The notes: generated by a model from the letters alone, not told the origin. 64,000 bases of DNA from Zootoca vivipara (GCF_963506605.1 NC_083283.1:6944001-7008000); one strand, 5' to 3'. Counted from the first letter of the stretch, positions 24,563 to 37,552 are shown. Made by a program: numbers and translations.

Positions 24563-26628
24563 CACCATGCACTTCTTGACTCCGTATCCCATGTTCTCTC
24601 TCCTCGCCCCTCTCTACCCTAAAATTCTGCTTAAACTGAGTCTGTTCCTTGGTCCATCTAGCTCAGTATTGGTCGCACTGACTCCCAGACACTCCTAGGG
24701 ATTTCAAAGAATGTTGTCTCTTATTCCATCTGGAGATTAAAATGGGGACATTCCATATGCAAAGCAGATGCTCTGCACTGAGCTACTTGGCCATTTCTCC
24801 ATACGTCTTTTTCCATGCATGGATATAATCTGCTCCCTCACTAAGCTTCACCCAACCACCCAGAAGATAGTTATTTTACAACTTGCTGACAAAGTATGGA
24901 TTGGGAGTCAACAGATATGGTGATCAGAAGACAACAGGGACAAAGTATCCTCCTGCAGCAGAATGGTAGGTACTAAGGCATTAGAAAGGCAAGGTGGTGC
25001 CAATCATTCTTCAAAGAAAAGTGGAAAATCTTACCAATCTCATGCCGATCCCACCCATTCTTTGTCTTGGCTTAATCTGTTTCCCTGCCTCATGCGGCAA
25101 GACCCTGTTCTTTTAGTGGCCATGAGGATAAATACCATCTCGCCTAGGAGGAGGAAACTCTTGTCATTTAAAGATCTATGTCCCCAAATGCCAGTTTGTA
25201 ATGGGTTGTGAAGGGGAAACTGAACACATGTCTCATGTGCTTTTTTATCTGTAACGGCCAAGTAAAACATCTCAGGACCTGTCATGATAACAGATAAAAC
25301 CACCCTGGCCCTTTAACGGCAAAAAAACATTTGCCCAATATTGGACATTTTGTAGGGAGGGGGTGAGCACAGAAGGGAAAATAAGATTTTCTGAAATGTC
25401 TTTCTGCTTCTTCTCTGTGTAAAACCAGAGATGAGAAGTGGAGTGGGATGCAAGAGCAATTGGTTCTTCTTCTTGTTAATTCCCCATCAGTTTTCTGAAT
25501 TAGAAAACAAATACATCAAGCCAAATTGCCCCCATTCACATTTTGGTTGACACTTGCACCAAGACTTTTGCAAATGACGAGACGTGAAAACAACACTTGG
25601 ATTTAAAATGAGCAGTGTTTATTTAACACAGTTAAAGGTTTGCAAATGGGTAACAGTTTCTAAATAAAGGAATTCCCAACAGCACAAGCTCCTTTACATC
25701 TGAGTTATTGCGGTGTTGTACCTATCACTTCAAATTGTTGGGCAAGTTCCATTGACTCAGGGCCACAGAGTTGTTAATTCCCTGCTCATAGTCATTCCTT
25801 GCATGTACATTAACAGTGCAATCCAAACCATAATCTGCTGGGATGAATGAGTTTAAAATTTCATTTCATTCATTTCATCCCCCCCCCCCCATTGTTCCAC
25901 ACAAAAACCCAGGCCCAAAGTCGCTAAGAACAAAAAATAAAACAGGGATGTGTTTCGAACAAACACAACAAACACAATTTCATAATAACAAAAAAACAAC
26001 ATAGTAATAATTTCATAATAACATAGTAAGATGAAAATATAATAACATAAAATAAACCACATTTCAATACTATAACAAGGTCACTTAAACAGCATGTAGC
26101 ATCCAACAGCAAAAATAGCAAGGGAGGTTCCCAGTAACTCTCTCATTCAAGGGGATATGTTTTACACCATGTGACTAAGGTTAGGTCAACAATTTTCAGA
26201 TTTGGTGAGCAGAAGACAGGAGCAGTATTCTGGTATAGCAGGTGCTAAGGAATTGGGGCAGGGTGTGTGGTACCAGTTGTGTTCCAAAGAAGAATGTAAA
26301 ATCATTCTATTCCAATTCCAAGTTGTACAATGAATCCACCTGATCTTTGCCTTGACTGTTTCAGCTTGTGCAATATAGGTGCACAGTGTGGAGCATTTTT
26401 GAGCCGTAGGGCTTCATATCTCCATGGACAACATTTCAGGGGTTGTATTCCATAGGTGGGTGGGGCACAGAAGAAAAATGGGGAGAAGAAAAGATGTGGC
26501 TTTGTAGAATAGGATGCATTTCAGCTACACAAACCCCCAAAATATCAACAAAATCCAAGCCTCTTTTTCTGGTGAGCAAGAGCGATCAATGCAGTCCAAG
26601 GACATATTGCAACCAGACCAAAGAACTC

Positions 26629-27609
26629 TTATGAAAGGTTCCTAAGTGGGTTCGAACAAGGAGGATCCGTTTCCTGTATGTCATTCTCCTCATTCAAAAC
26701 CCGCTGGAGGATGACCATTAGGCTCTCCCTAGATTGACCTCCCTTCTTCCTCCCAACCAGAAAATAGAGGAAGGGGTTCACACTGCTGTTGAGCGAGGCA
26801 CACAAGAATCCATAACGGAGTCGAACAGGAGAATCTGGGTCTACAAAGGATATAGCAAAAAAAATGGCATTGAGTGGGAAAGCAAGCATGAGGAAGAAGA
26901 GGAGTGTAACCAAAATCACCATTAAAAGCCTTCCCCGCTTACGCGGGTGTGCTTTAAAGCACACTTTTATGAAAAGGATCACAGTTGAAATTGTCATAAG
27001 TGGGAGGCAAAGCAGTCCAGTCAAGAAATATTGGCCTGTTCCTGACAAGCAATGTGGAAATTCGTAAATTTCTTCAAGAATGTTGAGGATTAGGCAGAGC
27101 AGACAGGAGAGGACCCATATGAGGGCACACACAGTGGTGGACAAATGTGTCGGCCGGACACACCGATACCAAATAGGGAAGAGGATAGACACACATCTGT
27201 CAATGCTGATGGCTGTCAGAAGAAGTTGCCCAGTGTTGTATGTGAAGTCTAAGAGACATTCAGCAATTCTGTCAAGAACATAATTAGAAGCTGGAATAAA
27301 ATCAAACAACTCTAGGCTCAGGAGGAATGCAAAGTCAGCCGCAGCCAAATTAAGGATGTAGGTGGTGAATGGTTTCCTCCTAATGCGGAAAACAAGAAGC
27401 CAGATGACAGTTCCATTCCCCAAAAATCCCATACAGCAGATAACTAAAATGAAGCCATATAGTATATATATTTCAAATCGGCCATCCTGGAAATCTCCTT
27501 GATCATGATATGAGCTATTATGAGTGCTGTTATACTCCTTATATGTCACAGCATCCACAGCAGATTGCAAAGTCCCATTGATATGTCTTTGCTTGCAGAA
27601 TGACTCCAT
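26629..27609 (-). CDS. MAS-related GPCR (MRGPR/MAS1-like), 326 aa, recent-paralog subgroup
   Basis: Intact ATG-to-TAA ORF with all family motifs (YILNLAAADF, SIDRC, FPIWYRC, NSSVNPFLYFLVG). Confidence 0.95.
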   Translation of the reverse strand: MESFCKQRHINGTLQSAVDAVTYKEYNSTHNSSYHDQGDFQDGRFEIYILYGFILVICCMGFLGNGTVIWLLVFRIRRKPFTTYILNLAAADFAFLLSLELFDFIPASNYVLDRIAECLLDFTYNTGQLLLTAISIDRCVSILFPIWYRCVRPTHLSTTVCALIWVLSCLLCLILNILEEIYEFPHCLSGTGQYFLTGLLCLPLMTISTVILFIKVCFKAHPRKRGRLLMVILVTLLFFLMLAFPLNAIFFAISFVDPDSPVRLRYGFLCASLNSSVNPFLYFLVGRKKGGQSRESLMVILQRVLNEENDIQETDPPCSNPLRNLS

Positions 27610-27649
27610 GTGGAATCCTTGTCTTCTCTTCAGGAGCAGAAGTTTCCTC

Positions 27650-28125
27650 TAGGTCTAGGAAATGGAAAGTGTCACAAAGAAGTTTGACTCAACAGGAATT
27701 TTGGTGAGACCCAGGAGCCCATTGAACCACACATACAACCACAACTTTTGTCTATCAAGTCAAAAGACATATTTGTACAATTCTCTGCAATATAACTGAA
27801 TCCTCCACATGGGACACACCCCTTTGCATGTTTTCTCATAAAGCTGTTTTTGTACTTTAGTTAGTTTACCAGGAAATTGCGTTTCATTGGTGCCAAGAGA
27901 AGAGGTCAGCACAGCATTCCCTGGTGTCCTTGCCCTATTGTCCAATTTGTAATGTCTCTCCAAAATTGGGATTCAATCATATTTCTTTTACTATGACCAG
28001 GCTCAACATTCCTGCCTAGGAAGAGATATCAGTAAGGATGAAGTAGATGGACTGAGGGAAAGATTGTTTAGGGAAAGATTGTTATAAAGTTTTATAGCAG
28101 TAAATTTCACTTACCTACTGTAAAT
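27650..28125 (-). other. Putative 5'UTR intron of the 26629 gene: acceptor ~27650, donor AG|GTAAGT ~28112; paralogous sites at 38878/39370, 49470/49952, 55149/56405
   Basis: Minus-strand TTTCCATTTCCTAG (or a 1-nt variant) just upstream of each ATG, and CAGTAG|GTAAGTG conserved in all four copies. The pairing of these sites is inferred. Confidence 0.55.
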
Positions 28126-28552
28126 CCATCCAGTTGGGACTATCTTCCAATTGAAAAGAGTCTAGGAATGAATGAGCGTGTGGAGGAGGTTCTGAAAGAG
28201 AGGTCAGGCAGTAATGTAACATTTTTTCTTATTACATATAACTCAGTGTTCTTTTTGTTGTTCAGTCCTAGGATTCTCCCCCAAATAGAGTAAGCTTTCT
28301 GATATGCCTTTATTGGCTCTCCCCTAACCAAGGAGGCTGTTTTTTGATGGATGAGAATTGAACAGGTGGGGGGGGTGGTGTTTACCCAAGTAGTAGTGGC
28401 TCCATTAAGAAACGATCAATCTTGATTGATAAACAAATGAACGGATTCCCTGCGCTGGACTTGCTTCACTTGAAATGACCCACTCTATTCTGCATTCCCT
28501 ATTAAGACACATTAATCTCATTGTGTCTGGATACAGTGTTTGTTCTCTGCCT

Positions 28553-28795
28553 CTTTTATTTTATTTTTTAAAAATATATTTATTGGTTTTTTTCTGACAA
28601 ACACAAAACTGACACACAAAAATTCAAAATAGCAAAAGAAAAAAGAAAAAACCACAGGAAATAGAAAAAATACAGAAAAACAAAACAATAAAAAAAGAAA
28701 TTATGATTTTATAAACTCATTTCATAACTCTACTTTGACTTCACCGTCCCTCCCTTTCCGAATAGTATCCCAATTCTTACACAGCTTTCAAATTA
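28553..28795 (-). mobile_element. LINE (L1-like) 3' tail insertion
   Basis: T-rich start; 13-bp TSD TTGTTCTCTGCCT; absent from paralogous sites at ~40485, ~51070 and ~57520. Confidence 0.75.
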
Positions 28796-29977
28796 TTGTT
28801 CTCTGCCTTTGGCAAAACCTCAGAAAGTGACCTTATACTGAGTCAGACTATTGGTCTATCAAGGTCAGGACTTGTCAAACAGACTCTCTGTGCCACTCAC
28901 TAGCATTTTCAAAAGTGGTCTTTCCAACCCTACCTGGAGGTGCTTGGGAATTAACCTTCTGCAAGCTCCGAAGATCCGGCCCACCTGTAAATGTTTCACC
29001 CAACTTTGCGACTGACTGCAGATCAGCAGTCTTCAGAGATGTTGAGTGCAACATAACAAGACACAGCATCTTGCCCTGGAATGGCAGGTCCTAAGGACTT
29101 AAACACAGAAAATATGGCCCCACTCATGCCCCATGGAGAAAATAAAATCTTACCAGTCTCACTCAAAGATGCAAACTGGTCCCTCCTGTTCTTCGTCAGG
29201 GCTTCATTTGATTCTATGCCTCATAGGACAAAAGGATGCTCTTTAATTGGATATGATGATAATTATCAGTTCACCAAGGAGGAGGAGACTATTGTCATTT
29301 ATGTCCCCAAAGGCTGCAGTCATGAAGATCAGATTTGTAATTGGTTCTGGAGGAAGCAGCTCATGTCTCATGTACTTCTTTATCTGTACCAGACAAATGG
29401 AGTAAATCAAGACCTCATCCCCACATTTCTAATCTAGGCTGTCTAAGCAAGATAACAACTTCCTGGCCTTTTAACGGCCAAAAGAATTTGTCCCCTATGT
29501 GTCCTTTATTAGATAGGGGAGTTGACTATTGGTGGTGAGACATGATTACCTAGGGTGGGAGGGGAGGTTGCTCTTGAGTAGGCCAACTAGGTGGAGGGGG
29601 GCAAGGAGTCAGAGCCATTGGCTGCGACTCATTGAAGGGAGCAGTTCCACCAGGTCATCCGTCATGCCCCCCTTAGTTGGAGGCAATTCCATGGTAACCA
29701 ATGTAACATTTATTTCATTCATTTATTTCAAAAAATATAAACACTGCTTGATTGTCAAAAAAAACAAAACAAAAACAAAACAAAAAACACCCCAAAGCAG
29801 CTTACAAATGAATAAACAGAAAAATCAAGAAAAAATCACAGCCATTCTTAAAAGCATGCAAAAGTTAAATTGCTGAAGCAGATTCAATATATGTTAAGTT
29901 TCTTTACATGACATATTGTGCTTACAGTAATATCTTTTGAACTCCAATTAACTTTAATATATATTTAATAGCTATAT

Positions 29978-30310
29978 GAAGCCATTAGATGCGGTCATTA
30001 GTTTTGGAGCACGGTATTAGCAGTGTGATGATGTTGACACACAGCTTTCCCTTTCTATAACATAGGAATCGGGAGAGGCTGTGGAAGCTTTGAACCTGTG
30101 TCTGGATGCAGTAGTGGTCTGGATGAGGGCTGATCAACTGTGTGTGAATTCTAGGAAGATGGGAGCTCTTTGAATGGGGGTTCCCCATGTTTTGGAAATT
30201 GGCAAGTTCCCTGTTCTGAGTGGGGTTGCACTCCCTTTGAAAGAGCAAGTATGAAGCAAGATGTATTTCTGGATACATCTCTGTCACTAGATACTCAGAT
30301 GCCTTCTGTG
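29978..30310 (+). mobile_element. Old degenerate L2 RT fragment, co-duplicated (also ~32740-33260, 41657-42430, 52233-52970, 58883-59890)
   Basis: Translation at 52233, MKPLDVVIRSSGARHQQCDDVDTQLSLS..EAVKALNQCLDAVVVWMRA, parallels MQPLGEIIRGFGLGVHQYVDDTQLYLS..AVKVLCECLEAVGGWMAA in the L2 ORF. Confidence 0.8.
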
Positions 30311-30864
30311 TCCCCCATTCACAACCCTGGATTATATTTTGGTTGACACGTGCCAGGACCTTTGTAAATGACGAGATGTGAAAACGATGCTTGGACTTAA
30401 AATGAGTTGAAGATCTGCAAATTGGTGTCTGTTACTATATATAGGAATCCCCCAAAGCATGAGCTCCTTTACATCTGAGGCATAGTGGTGTTGTACCTAT
30501 CACTTCAAAGAGTTAGGCAAGTTCCATTGATTCAGGGCCCCAGAGTAGTTAATTCCCTGCTTGTAGTCATTCCTTGCAGGTACATTAACACTGCAATCCA
30601 AACCCAAGATCTGTGGAGATTAAGAAGTTTAAAATTTTATTTCATTCATTTTAATTTTTTCACATTTTTCAAACAATCCATCAATCTTGATTGATAAACA
30701 AATGAACAGATATCTGCTCCCTTCGTATTGCCTTATCCCAATACTTCACTGATCAATCATAGGTGAATTCCCTGCCCTGGACTTGGTTCACTTGAAATGA
30801 CCCAGTCTATTCTGCAGTCCCTGTTAAGACACATTAATCTCATTGTGTCTGGATACAGTGTTTG

Positions 30865-31384
30865 TATTAGGAAATAATATTGGGGGAAACTGGGTATTAA
30901 GAGTACTAACATAAATCATATACCCCAGTTTCACAGTGGCCCTTCAAAGTACGCTTCACGAGTTTAAAAAAACACCCCAAAATCACAAACAATAGTTGAC
31001 TTGGCTAAATTACACCACCAAGAGTTTAAAGACCAACCTAGCATGAAACCCCTAACTAGCAGTATACCTGTTTAAAGTACACAGAAGAAAAACAAAAGGT
31101 TGGCTTTCTTTAACAGAAAAACAAACTGACTCGGACGAGACTTTAAAGATAAACGCTCTCTCCCAGCAACCTTACATACCCACATTCCAACCCTACAAAC
31201 CTCCCACCATACTCCCATACAACTACCACACAAAATGCTTTCCAACAGAGCCTTATATACATGGAGTAGAGCCCACACCTGTGAGCAATTAAACAGAAAT
31301 TACCAGCACATGTTTTTTCTTAAACAGACAGTATTGACATTGGACTGGCTCAAAAGCACCTTTGATTATTCAAGAAACCCAACA
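30865..31384. mobile_element. Solo LTR (520 bp)
   Basis: Termini T(A)TTAGG...CCCAACA (TG..CA with one mutation); 5-bp TSD GTTTG; TATATAAG on the minus strand at ~31252; absent from paralogous sites. Confidence 0.75.
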
Positions 31385-33450
31385 GTTTGTTTTCTCCTTT
31401 GGCAAAACCTCAGAAAGTGACCTTATACTGAGTCAGACTATTGGTCTATCAAGGTCAGGACTTGTCAAACAGACTCTCTGTGCCACTCACTAGCATTTTC
31501 AAAAGTGGTTTTTCCAACCCTACCTGGAGGTGCTTGGGAATTAACCGTCTTCAAGCACCACAGCTCCAGCCTCTCCTGTAAATGTTTCACGAAACCTTCT
31601 GACTAACGGCATCTAACTAATCAGCAGTCTTCAGAGATGGTGAGTGCAAGAGAACAAGGACACAGCATCTTGCACTGGAATGACAGGTCCTAAGGACTTA
31701 AGAGGAAAAAATGTGGTCCCACTCATGCCCCATGGAGAACATGTAAAATCTTACCAGTCTCACTCAAAGATGCAAACCGGTCCCTCCTGTTCTTCGTCTG
31801 GACTCAATTTGATTCTATGCCTCATAGGACAAGAAGATGCTCTTTAATTGGATATGAAGATAATTATCAGTTCACCAAGGAGGTGGAGACTATTGTCATT
31901 TATGTCCCCAAAGGCTACAGTCATGAAGACCAGGTTTGCAATTGGTTCTAGAGGAAACAGCTCATGTCTCGTGTACTTCTTTATCTGTACCAGACAAATG
32001 GAATAAATGAAGACCTCATCCCCATATTTCTAATCTAGACTGTCTAAGCAAGATAACAACTTCCTGGTCTTTCAATGGCTACAAGCACTTGTCCCGTATG
32101 GGTCTTTTCTTGGGTGGGAGAAGTGTCTATTGGTGGGGAGACATGATTACCAAGGGCGGTAGGTTATGCAAAGTAGGTGGAGAGGGCAAGCATTCAGAGT
32201 CATTTGCTGTGACTCGTGGAAAGGAGCAGGTCCACCAGGTCATTCTTCTCCTCCCCACCCTCATCCCCTACCAATTCCATGGTAACCCCCTGTCTCTCAC
32301 TCTAATTGTCACAACCACCATGTTCGACTTTTTCTGCCTCTCTCTGACCATCACTCCTCTATATCTCTATGGTAAACCCCTGGGCTGAGCCTCAAAACCA
32401 GGTAGGCTCTGCCTCTGAGCTTTCTCATTGGTCAAACTGCATTAACCATTTCCATCACAAGGGATGGGCAAATGCAACATCCGTGTCACATTAATTTCTT
32501 TTCACTTATTTCATAAAATTTTTATACTGCTTGATTTTTTAAAAAAGAAAAAGCACCCCAAAGCAGCTTACAGATGAATAAACAGAAAAATCCAGAAAAA
32601 TCACAACTATACTTTCATACATGAAAAGTTAAAATGCTGAAGCAGATCGAATATATGTTAAGCTTCTTTACATGACATATTGTGCTTACAGTATTACCAT
32701 TTGAACTCCAATTAACATCAAAATCTATTTAATATCTATATGAAGCCATTGGATGTGGTTATTGGGAGTTTTGGAGTACGGTATCAGCAGTGTGATGATG
32801 TTGACACGCAGCTTTCCCTTTCCATAACAGAGGAATCGGGAGAGGCTGTGAAAGCCTTTAACCTTTTGTCTGGATGCAGTAGTGGTCTGGATGAGGGGTA
32901 ATAAACTGTGTTTGAATTCAAGGAAGATGGGAGCTCTTTGAATGGGGGTTCCCCGTGTTTTGGAAATTGGGAAGTTCCCTGTTCTGAGTGGGGTTGCACT
33001 CCCTTTGAAGGAGCGAGTGTGAAGTTTGGGGGTACCTCTAGATAAATCTTTGTCGCTATATGCTCTGTTGTCTTCTGTGTCTCTGAGAGCCTTTCACCAG
33101 CTATGGCAATTCCTGGACGGGGATAGCATGACCCTGCAGACCAGGCATTGGTAACCTCGTGGCTAGATTACTGTGATATGCTTGATGTGGGGCTGCTCCT
33201 GGGTCTGGTTTGGAAGTTCCAGCAGATGCAGAATGCTGCTGCCAGATTGCTGATGGGAGCTTCTCGTCGATTCCTGCAATGCAGGGGCTTGGAGTAGATG
33301 ATCCTTGTGTTCCTTTTCAACTCTACAATTCTATGATTTTATGATGTATTCTACAATACTTGTAAAAACACACAACTCACTTATTGACTCTGGATTCCAT
33401 GTTCTCTCTCCTCGCCCCTCTCTCCCCTAAGAATCTGCCTTAAACTGAGT

Positions 33451-33507
33451 TGGCAGGGGGTTGGACTGGATGGCCCTTGTGGCCTCTTCCAACTCTATGA
33501 TTCTATG
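33451..33507 (+). mobile_element. CR1 3' tail fragment (shared with 42619-42675, absent at 24640)
   Basis: GGGGGTTGGACTGGATGGCCCTTGTGG..CCAACTCTATGATTCTATGA matches the CR1 end at 37360-37418. Confidence 0.8.
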
Positions 33508-33932
33508 AGTCTGATCCTTGGTTCTATCTAGCTCAGTATTGGTCACACTGGCTACCAGACACTCCTAGGGATTTCAAAGTAGGTTGTCTCTGATCCCAGC
33601 AGGAGACTAAAATGGAGACATTTCATATGCAAAGCACATGCTCTGCACTGGGCCATTTCTCCATACGTCTTTTTCCATGCATGGATGTAATCTGCTCCCT
33701 CACTAAGCTTCACCCAACCACCCAGAAGGTAGTTATTTTACAACTTGTTGACCAAGTATGGATTGGGAGTCAACAGATATGGTGATCAGAAGACAACAGG
33801 GACAAAATATCCTGCAACAGAATGGTAGGTACCAAGGTTTTAGAGAGGCAAGGTGGTACCAATCGTTCTTCAAAGAAAAGTGGAAAATCTTACCAATTTC
33901 ATGCCGATCCCTACCATTCTTTGTCTTGGCTT

Positions 33933-34037
33933 GAGGGGGAATCCCAAGATGGCAGAGTATCAACATCCTCCCTTCTGACCCCCTTACTTTACTGGTCTGT
34001 TTTTAAGGTGTTTTTTTTTTTTTACTGCTTTATACCA
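33933..34037 (+). mobile_element. Short retro-insertion with ~19-bp TSD
   Basis: CCATTCTTTG(T/C)CTTGGCTT is duplicated on both sides; the insert is absent from paralogs at 25055 and 43090. Confidence 0.7.
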
Positions 34038-35402
34038 CCCATTCTTTGCCTTGGCTTAATCAGTTTCCCTGCCTCATGTGGCAAGATCCTGTTCTTTTAG
34101 TGGTCATGGGGATAAATACCATCTGGCCTAGGAGGAGGAGACACTTGTCATTTAAAGTTCTATGTCCCCAAATGCTAGTTTGTAATGGGTTGTGAAGGGG
34201 AAACTGAACACATGTCTCATGTGCTTCTTTATCTGTAACGGACAAATAAAACATCTCAGGACCTGTCATGATAACAGATAAAACCATCCTGGCTCTTTAA
34301 CGGCAAAAAACATTTGTCCAGTATTGGACATTATGTAGGGAGGGGGTGAGCACAGAAGGGGAAAATAAGAATTTCCAAGATGTCCTGCTGTTTCTTCCCT
34401 GTGTAAAACCATAGGTGAGAAGTGGAGTGGGATGCAAGAGCAGTTGGTTCTTAAGGATGTTAAAATGAGGTTGTTTTTTTAAATTGTAAAATAGATAATT
34501 TAATAAAAAATTATAAAAAGACTCCTTTATTTCTATCTACAGGTGAATGGGCCATGAGAGGTACAGTTCTTTTCTATCTACATGCCCCTGAAGCTTACCT
34601 TAACTTAAGCTGCCTGTCCTCCTTAAAAAGGGGTTGGGTAAGGCAGACACCCAAGATATATGCCAATACAATGTGTTCTTTTCTAAAATGAAAATTTATT
34701 AAGAAATTTCATAATATGATAAAAAACAAACTATTCTAATAAAAAAGAAAAGAAACAAGGGGAGAGAAAGAGATAGTACAATGCAATGTCCTGTCTCACA
34801 AATGTATCACAACTATTATACCATACAGGGGAAAACTGCCCCCCCAACTTTTACCTGGGAGTTTGTCTCACCCTGGGAGATCTCCCCTTCCCTACATTTC
34901 ACTCAGGGCCCTTCACCAGATGTCCATCAATCTCATCTGCATGCAATTATTTCCTAAACACAGAACTCAGCCATGCAGTTGCAAATAAAACATTTTATGT
35001 GAATTTTACGTGCAATATACAAAGTGATAATAGGTGGTGATGGTGAGTCTTGTGGAAAATTCAATGTATTTTCAAAAATGCTTTTTAAAAAAAGCATTTT
35101 AGGAATGGTTTTTATTTATGTACATGACAACAAGAGAAAGCTGATCTAAACACACACAAAAACAAGGGGGGGGGGAGAAAATACCATGCATCATAATATA
35201 TATGTCAGCAGTTAATACAAGTGCTTGCCTCAATATAGTATCATTCTTTGCTTGTTTATTGAACACAAATATAGACTGATTTTTAAGAAACCAACTCTTC
35301 AGATAGCATTGTACAAGCACAAAATGACAACCATCAAAAATACAAAGCAGGTGGGTTTTATATATTAAAAGATAGGCATCCAAAATTCCTACTAGTCATA
35401 TC

Positions 35403-35433
<31 letters not shown>

Positions 35434-35446
35434 ACACACTATGAAT

Positions 35447-35478
<32 letters not shown>
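35403..35478. repeat. (AT)n and (TG)n microsatellites
   Basis: Direct reading. Confidence 0.9.
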
Positions 35479-35479
<1 letters not shown>

Positions 35480-35980
35480 TCTTAAGGACATGCTTAAATC
35501 CCCAAAACAATGGAACTTGCCTGTTCTCACAGAGAATTGAATTCAGAAACTCCTGGAATCATACACTCATAGAATTGTGGAGTTGGAAGGGGCATCCAGG
35601 GGAATCTGATCCAACCTCCTGCAATGCAGGAATCTCAAATAAAACACCACAAGGTTGTTTAATCTTACATGGAATTAAATTCTGCAAATGTGGCCTTTTT
35701 ATCTCCTATGATTGCTGGCAGGGACCTAAGTAGAGTCTCTGAATTAAATCATAAGGTGCAGGTGATCTCACAGGAGTGAAGGCAGTCCTTGAAATACCCT
35801 ATTTCCAGCACTTCCAAGTAGACTTTGGTTTGCTGTAAAAAGTGGTGCACCTGGTACAGTATAGTTAAATGGTGTGGAGCCTCTTTCAGCCAAAGGGCTT
35901 CATTTCTTCGTAGCCAACATTTCAGGGGCTGTATACAATAAGTGGGTGAGGCACAGAAGAAAAATTGAGATAACAAAAGA

Positions 35981-37418
35981 CAAAAGCAAACGGCCTGTGA
36001 GCACCTAGAAAGAAATGCTGTGATCACTAAAAGTCATCATGGGTTTCTGAAAAATAAGTCATGTCAGACCAATCTGATCTCATTTTTTGACAGAATTACA
36101 AGCCTGGTAGATGAAGGGAATGCTGTGGAAGTAGCCTATCTTGATTTCAGCAAGGCCTTTGACAAGGTGCCCCATGATATTCTTGTAAGGAAGTTGGTAA
36201 AATCCGAGCAAGACAATGCTACCATTCAGTGGATTTGTAACTGGCTGACTGACCGAACCCAAAGGGTGCTCATCAATGGCTCCTCCTCATCCTGGAGAGT
36301 AGTGACTAGTGGGGTGCCACAGGGTTCTGTCTTGGGCCCAGTCTTATTCAACATCTTTATCAATGACTTGGATGATGGGCCTGAGGGCATCCTGATCAAG
36401 TTTGCAGATGACACCATTTTGGGAGGGGTGGCTAATACCCCAGAGGACAGGATCACACTTCAAAATGACCTTAACAGATTCGACAACTGGGCCAAAGCAA
36501 ACAAGATGAATTTTAACAAGGAGAAATGTAAAGTACTACACTTGGGCAAAAAAAATGAAAGGCACAAATACAGGATGGGAGACACCTGGCTTGAGAGCAG
36601 TACATGTGAAAAGGATCTAGGAGTCTTGGTAGACCACAAACTTGACATGAGTCAGCAGTGTGATGCAGCAGCTTAAAAAGCCAATGCAATTCTGGGCTGC
36701 ATCAATAGGAGTATAGCATCTAGATCAGGCATCCCCAAACTTCGGCCCTCCAGTTGTTTTGGACTACAATTCCCATCATCACTGACAACTGGTCCTGTTA
36801 GCTAGGGATCATGAGAATTGTAGGCCAAAACATCTGGAGGGCCGCAGTTTGGGGATGTCTGATCTAGATCAAGAGAAGTAATAGTACCACTGTATTCTGC
36901 TCTGGTCAGACCTCACCTGGAGTACTGTGTCCAGTTCTGGGCACCACAGTTCAAGAAGGATACTGACGAGCTGGAACGTGTCCAGAAGAGGGCAACCAAA
37001 ATGGTCAAAGGCCTGGAAACGATGCCTTATGAGGAACAGCTTACGGAGCTGGGTATGTTTAGCCTGGAGAAAAGAAGGTTAAGGGGTGATATGATAGCCA
37101 TGTTCAAATATATAAAAGGATGTCATATAGAAGAGGGTGAAAGGTTGTTTTCTGCTGCTCCAGAGAAGTGGACACGGAGCAATGGATTCAAACTACAAGA
37201 AGATACCACCTAAACATTAGGAAGAACTTCCTGACAGTAAGAGCTGTTCAGCAGTGGAATTTGCTCCCAAGGAGTGTGGTGGAGTCTCCTTCTTTGGAGG
37301 TCTTTAAGCAGAGGCTTGACAGGCATATGTCAAGAATGCTTTGATGGTGTTTCCAAGCAGGGGGTTGGACTGGATGGCCTTGTGGTCTCCTCCAACTCTA
37401 TGATTCTATGATTCTATG
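35981..37418 (+). mobile_element. CR1 LINE, 5'-truncated, RT domain with premature stop and nested MITE
   Basis: HHGFLKNKSCQTNLISFFD, YLDFSKAFDKVPH, SGVPQGSVLGP, KFADDT; (ATTCTATG)n tail; absent from the paralogous site at ~48274. Confidence 0.95.
36726..36861. mobile_element. hAT MITE nested in CR1
   Basis: TIR CAGGCATCCCCAAACT; perfect TSD ATCTAGAT. Confidence 0.93.
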
Positions 37419-37540
37419 ACTCCTCCCATTGTAAAGTAGGATACATGTCAGCTACACAAACCCCAAAATTTTCAAAAAAACGAAACAAAAAAGAACCAGC
37501 CTCTTTTTCTGGGACACATTACACCCATACCAAAAAACTA

Positions 37541-37552
37541 TTATGAAAGGTT
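37541..37552 (-). pseudogene. Remnant (last codons plus stop) of a deleted MRGPR gene
   Basis: The 3' flank at 35560-35980 and 37420-37540 matches the 3' flank of the 48429 gene and ends in TTATGAAAGGTT, identical to the CDS end at 48429-48440. The sequence then jumps to the 3' flank of the next gene type. Confidence 0.75.

Noticed and set aside
28835-28870. TGAGTCA AP-1 motif conserved in five copies
   Set aside because: It appears to be part of an old interspersed repeat fragment (CTTATACTGAGTCAGAC..TTGGTC.ATC), so conservation is explained by duplication.
29081-29437. Recurrent plus-strand ORF (MAGPKDL.../MAPLMPHGENK...) in duplicated spacers
   Set aside because: The frame and stops differ between copies (31644, 40797, 51384) and no domain is recognisable; recurrence simply reflects duplication.
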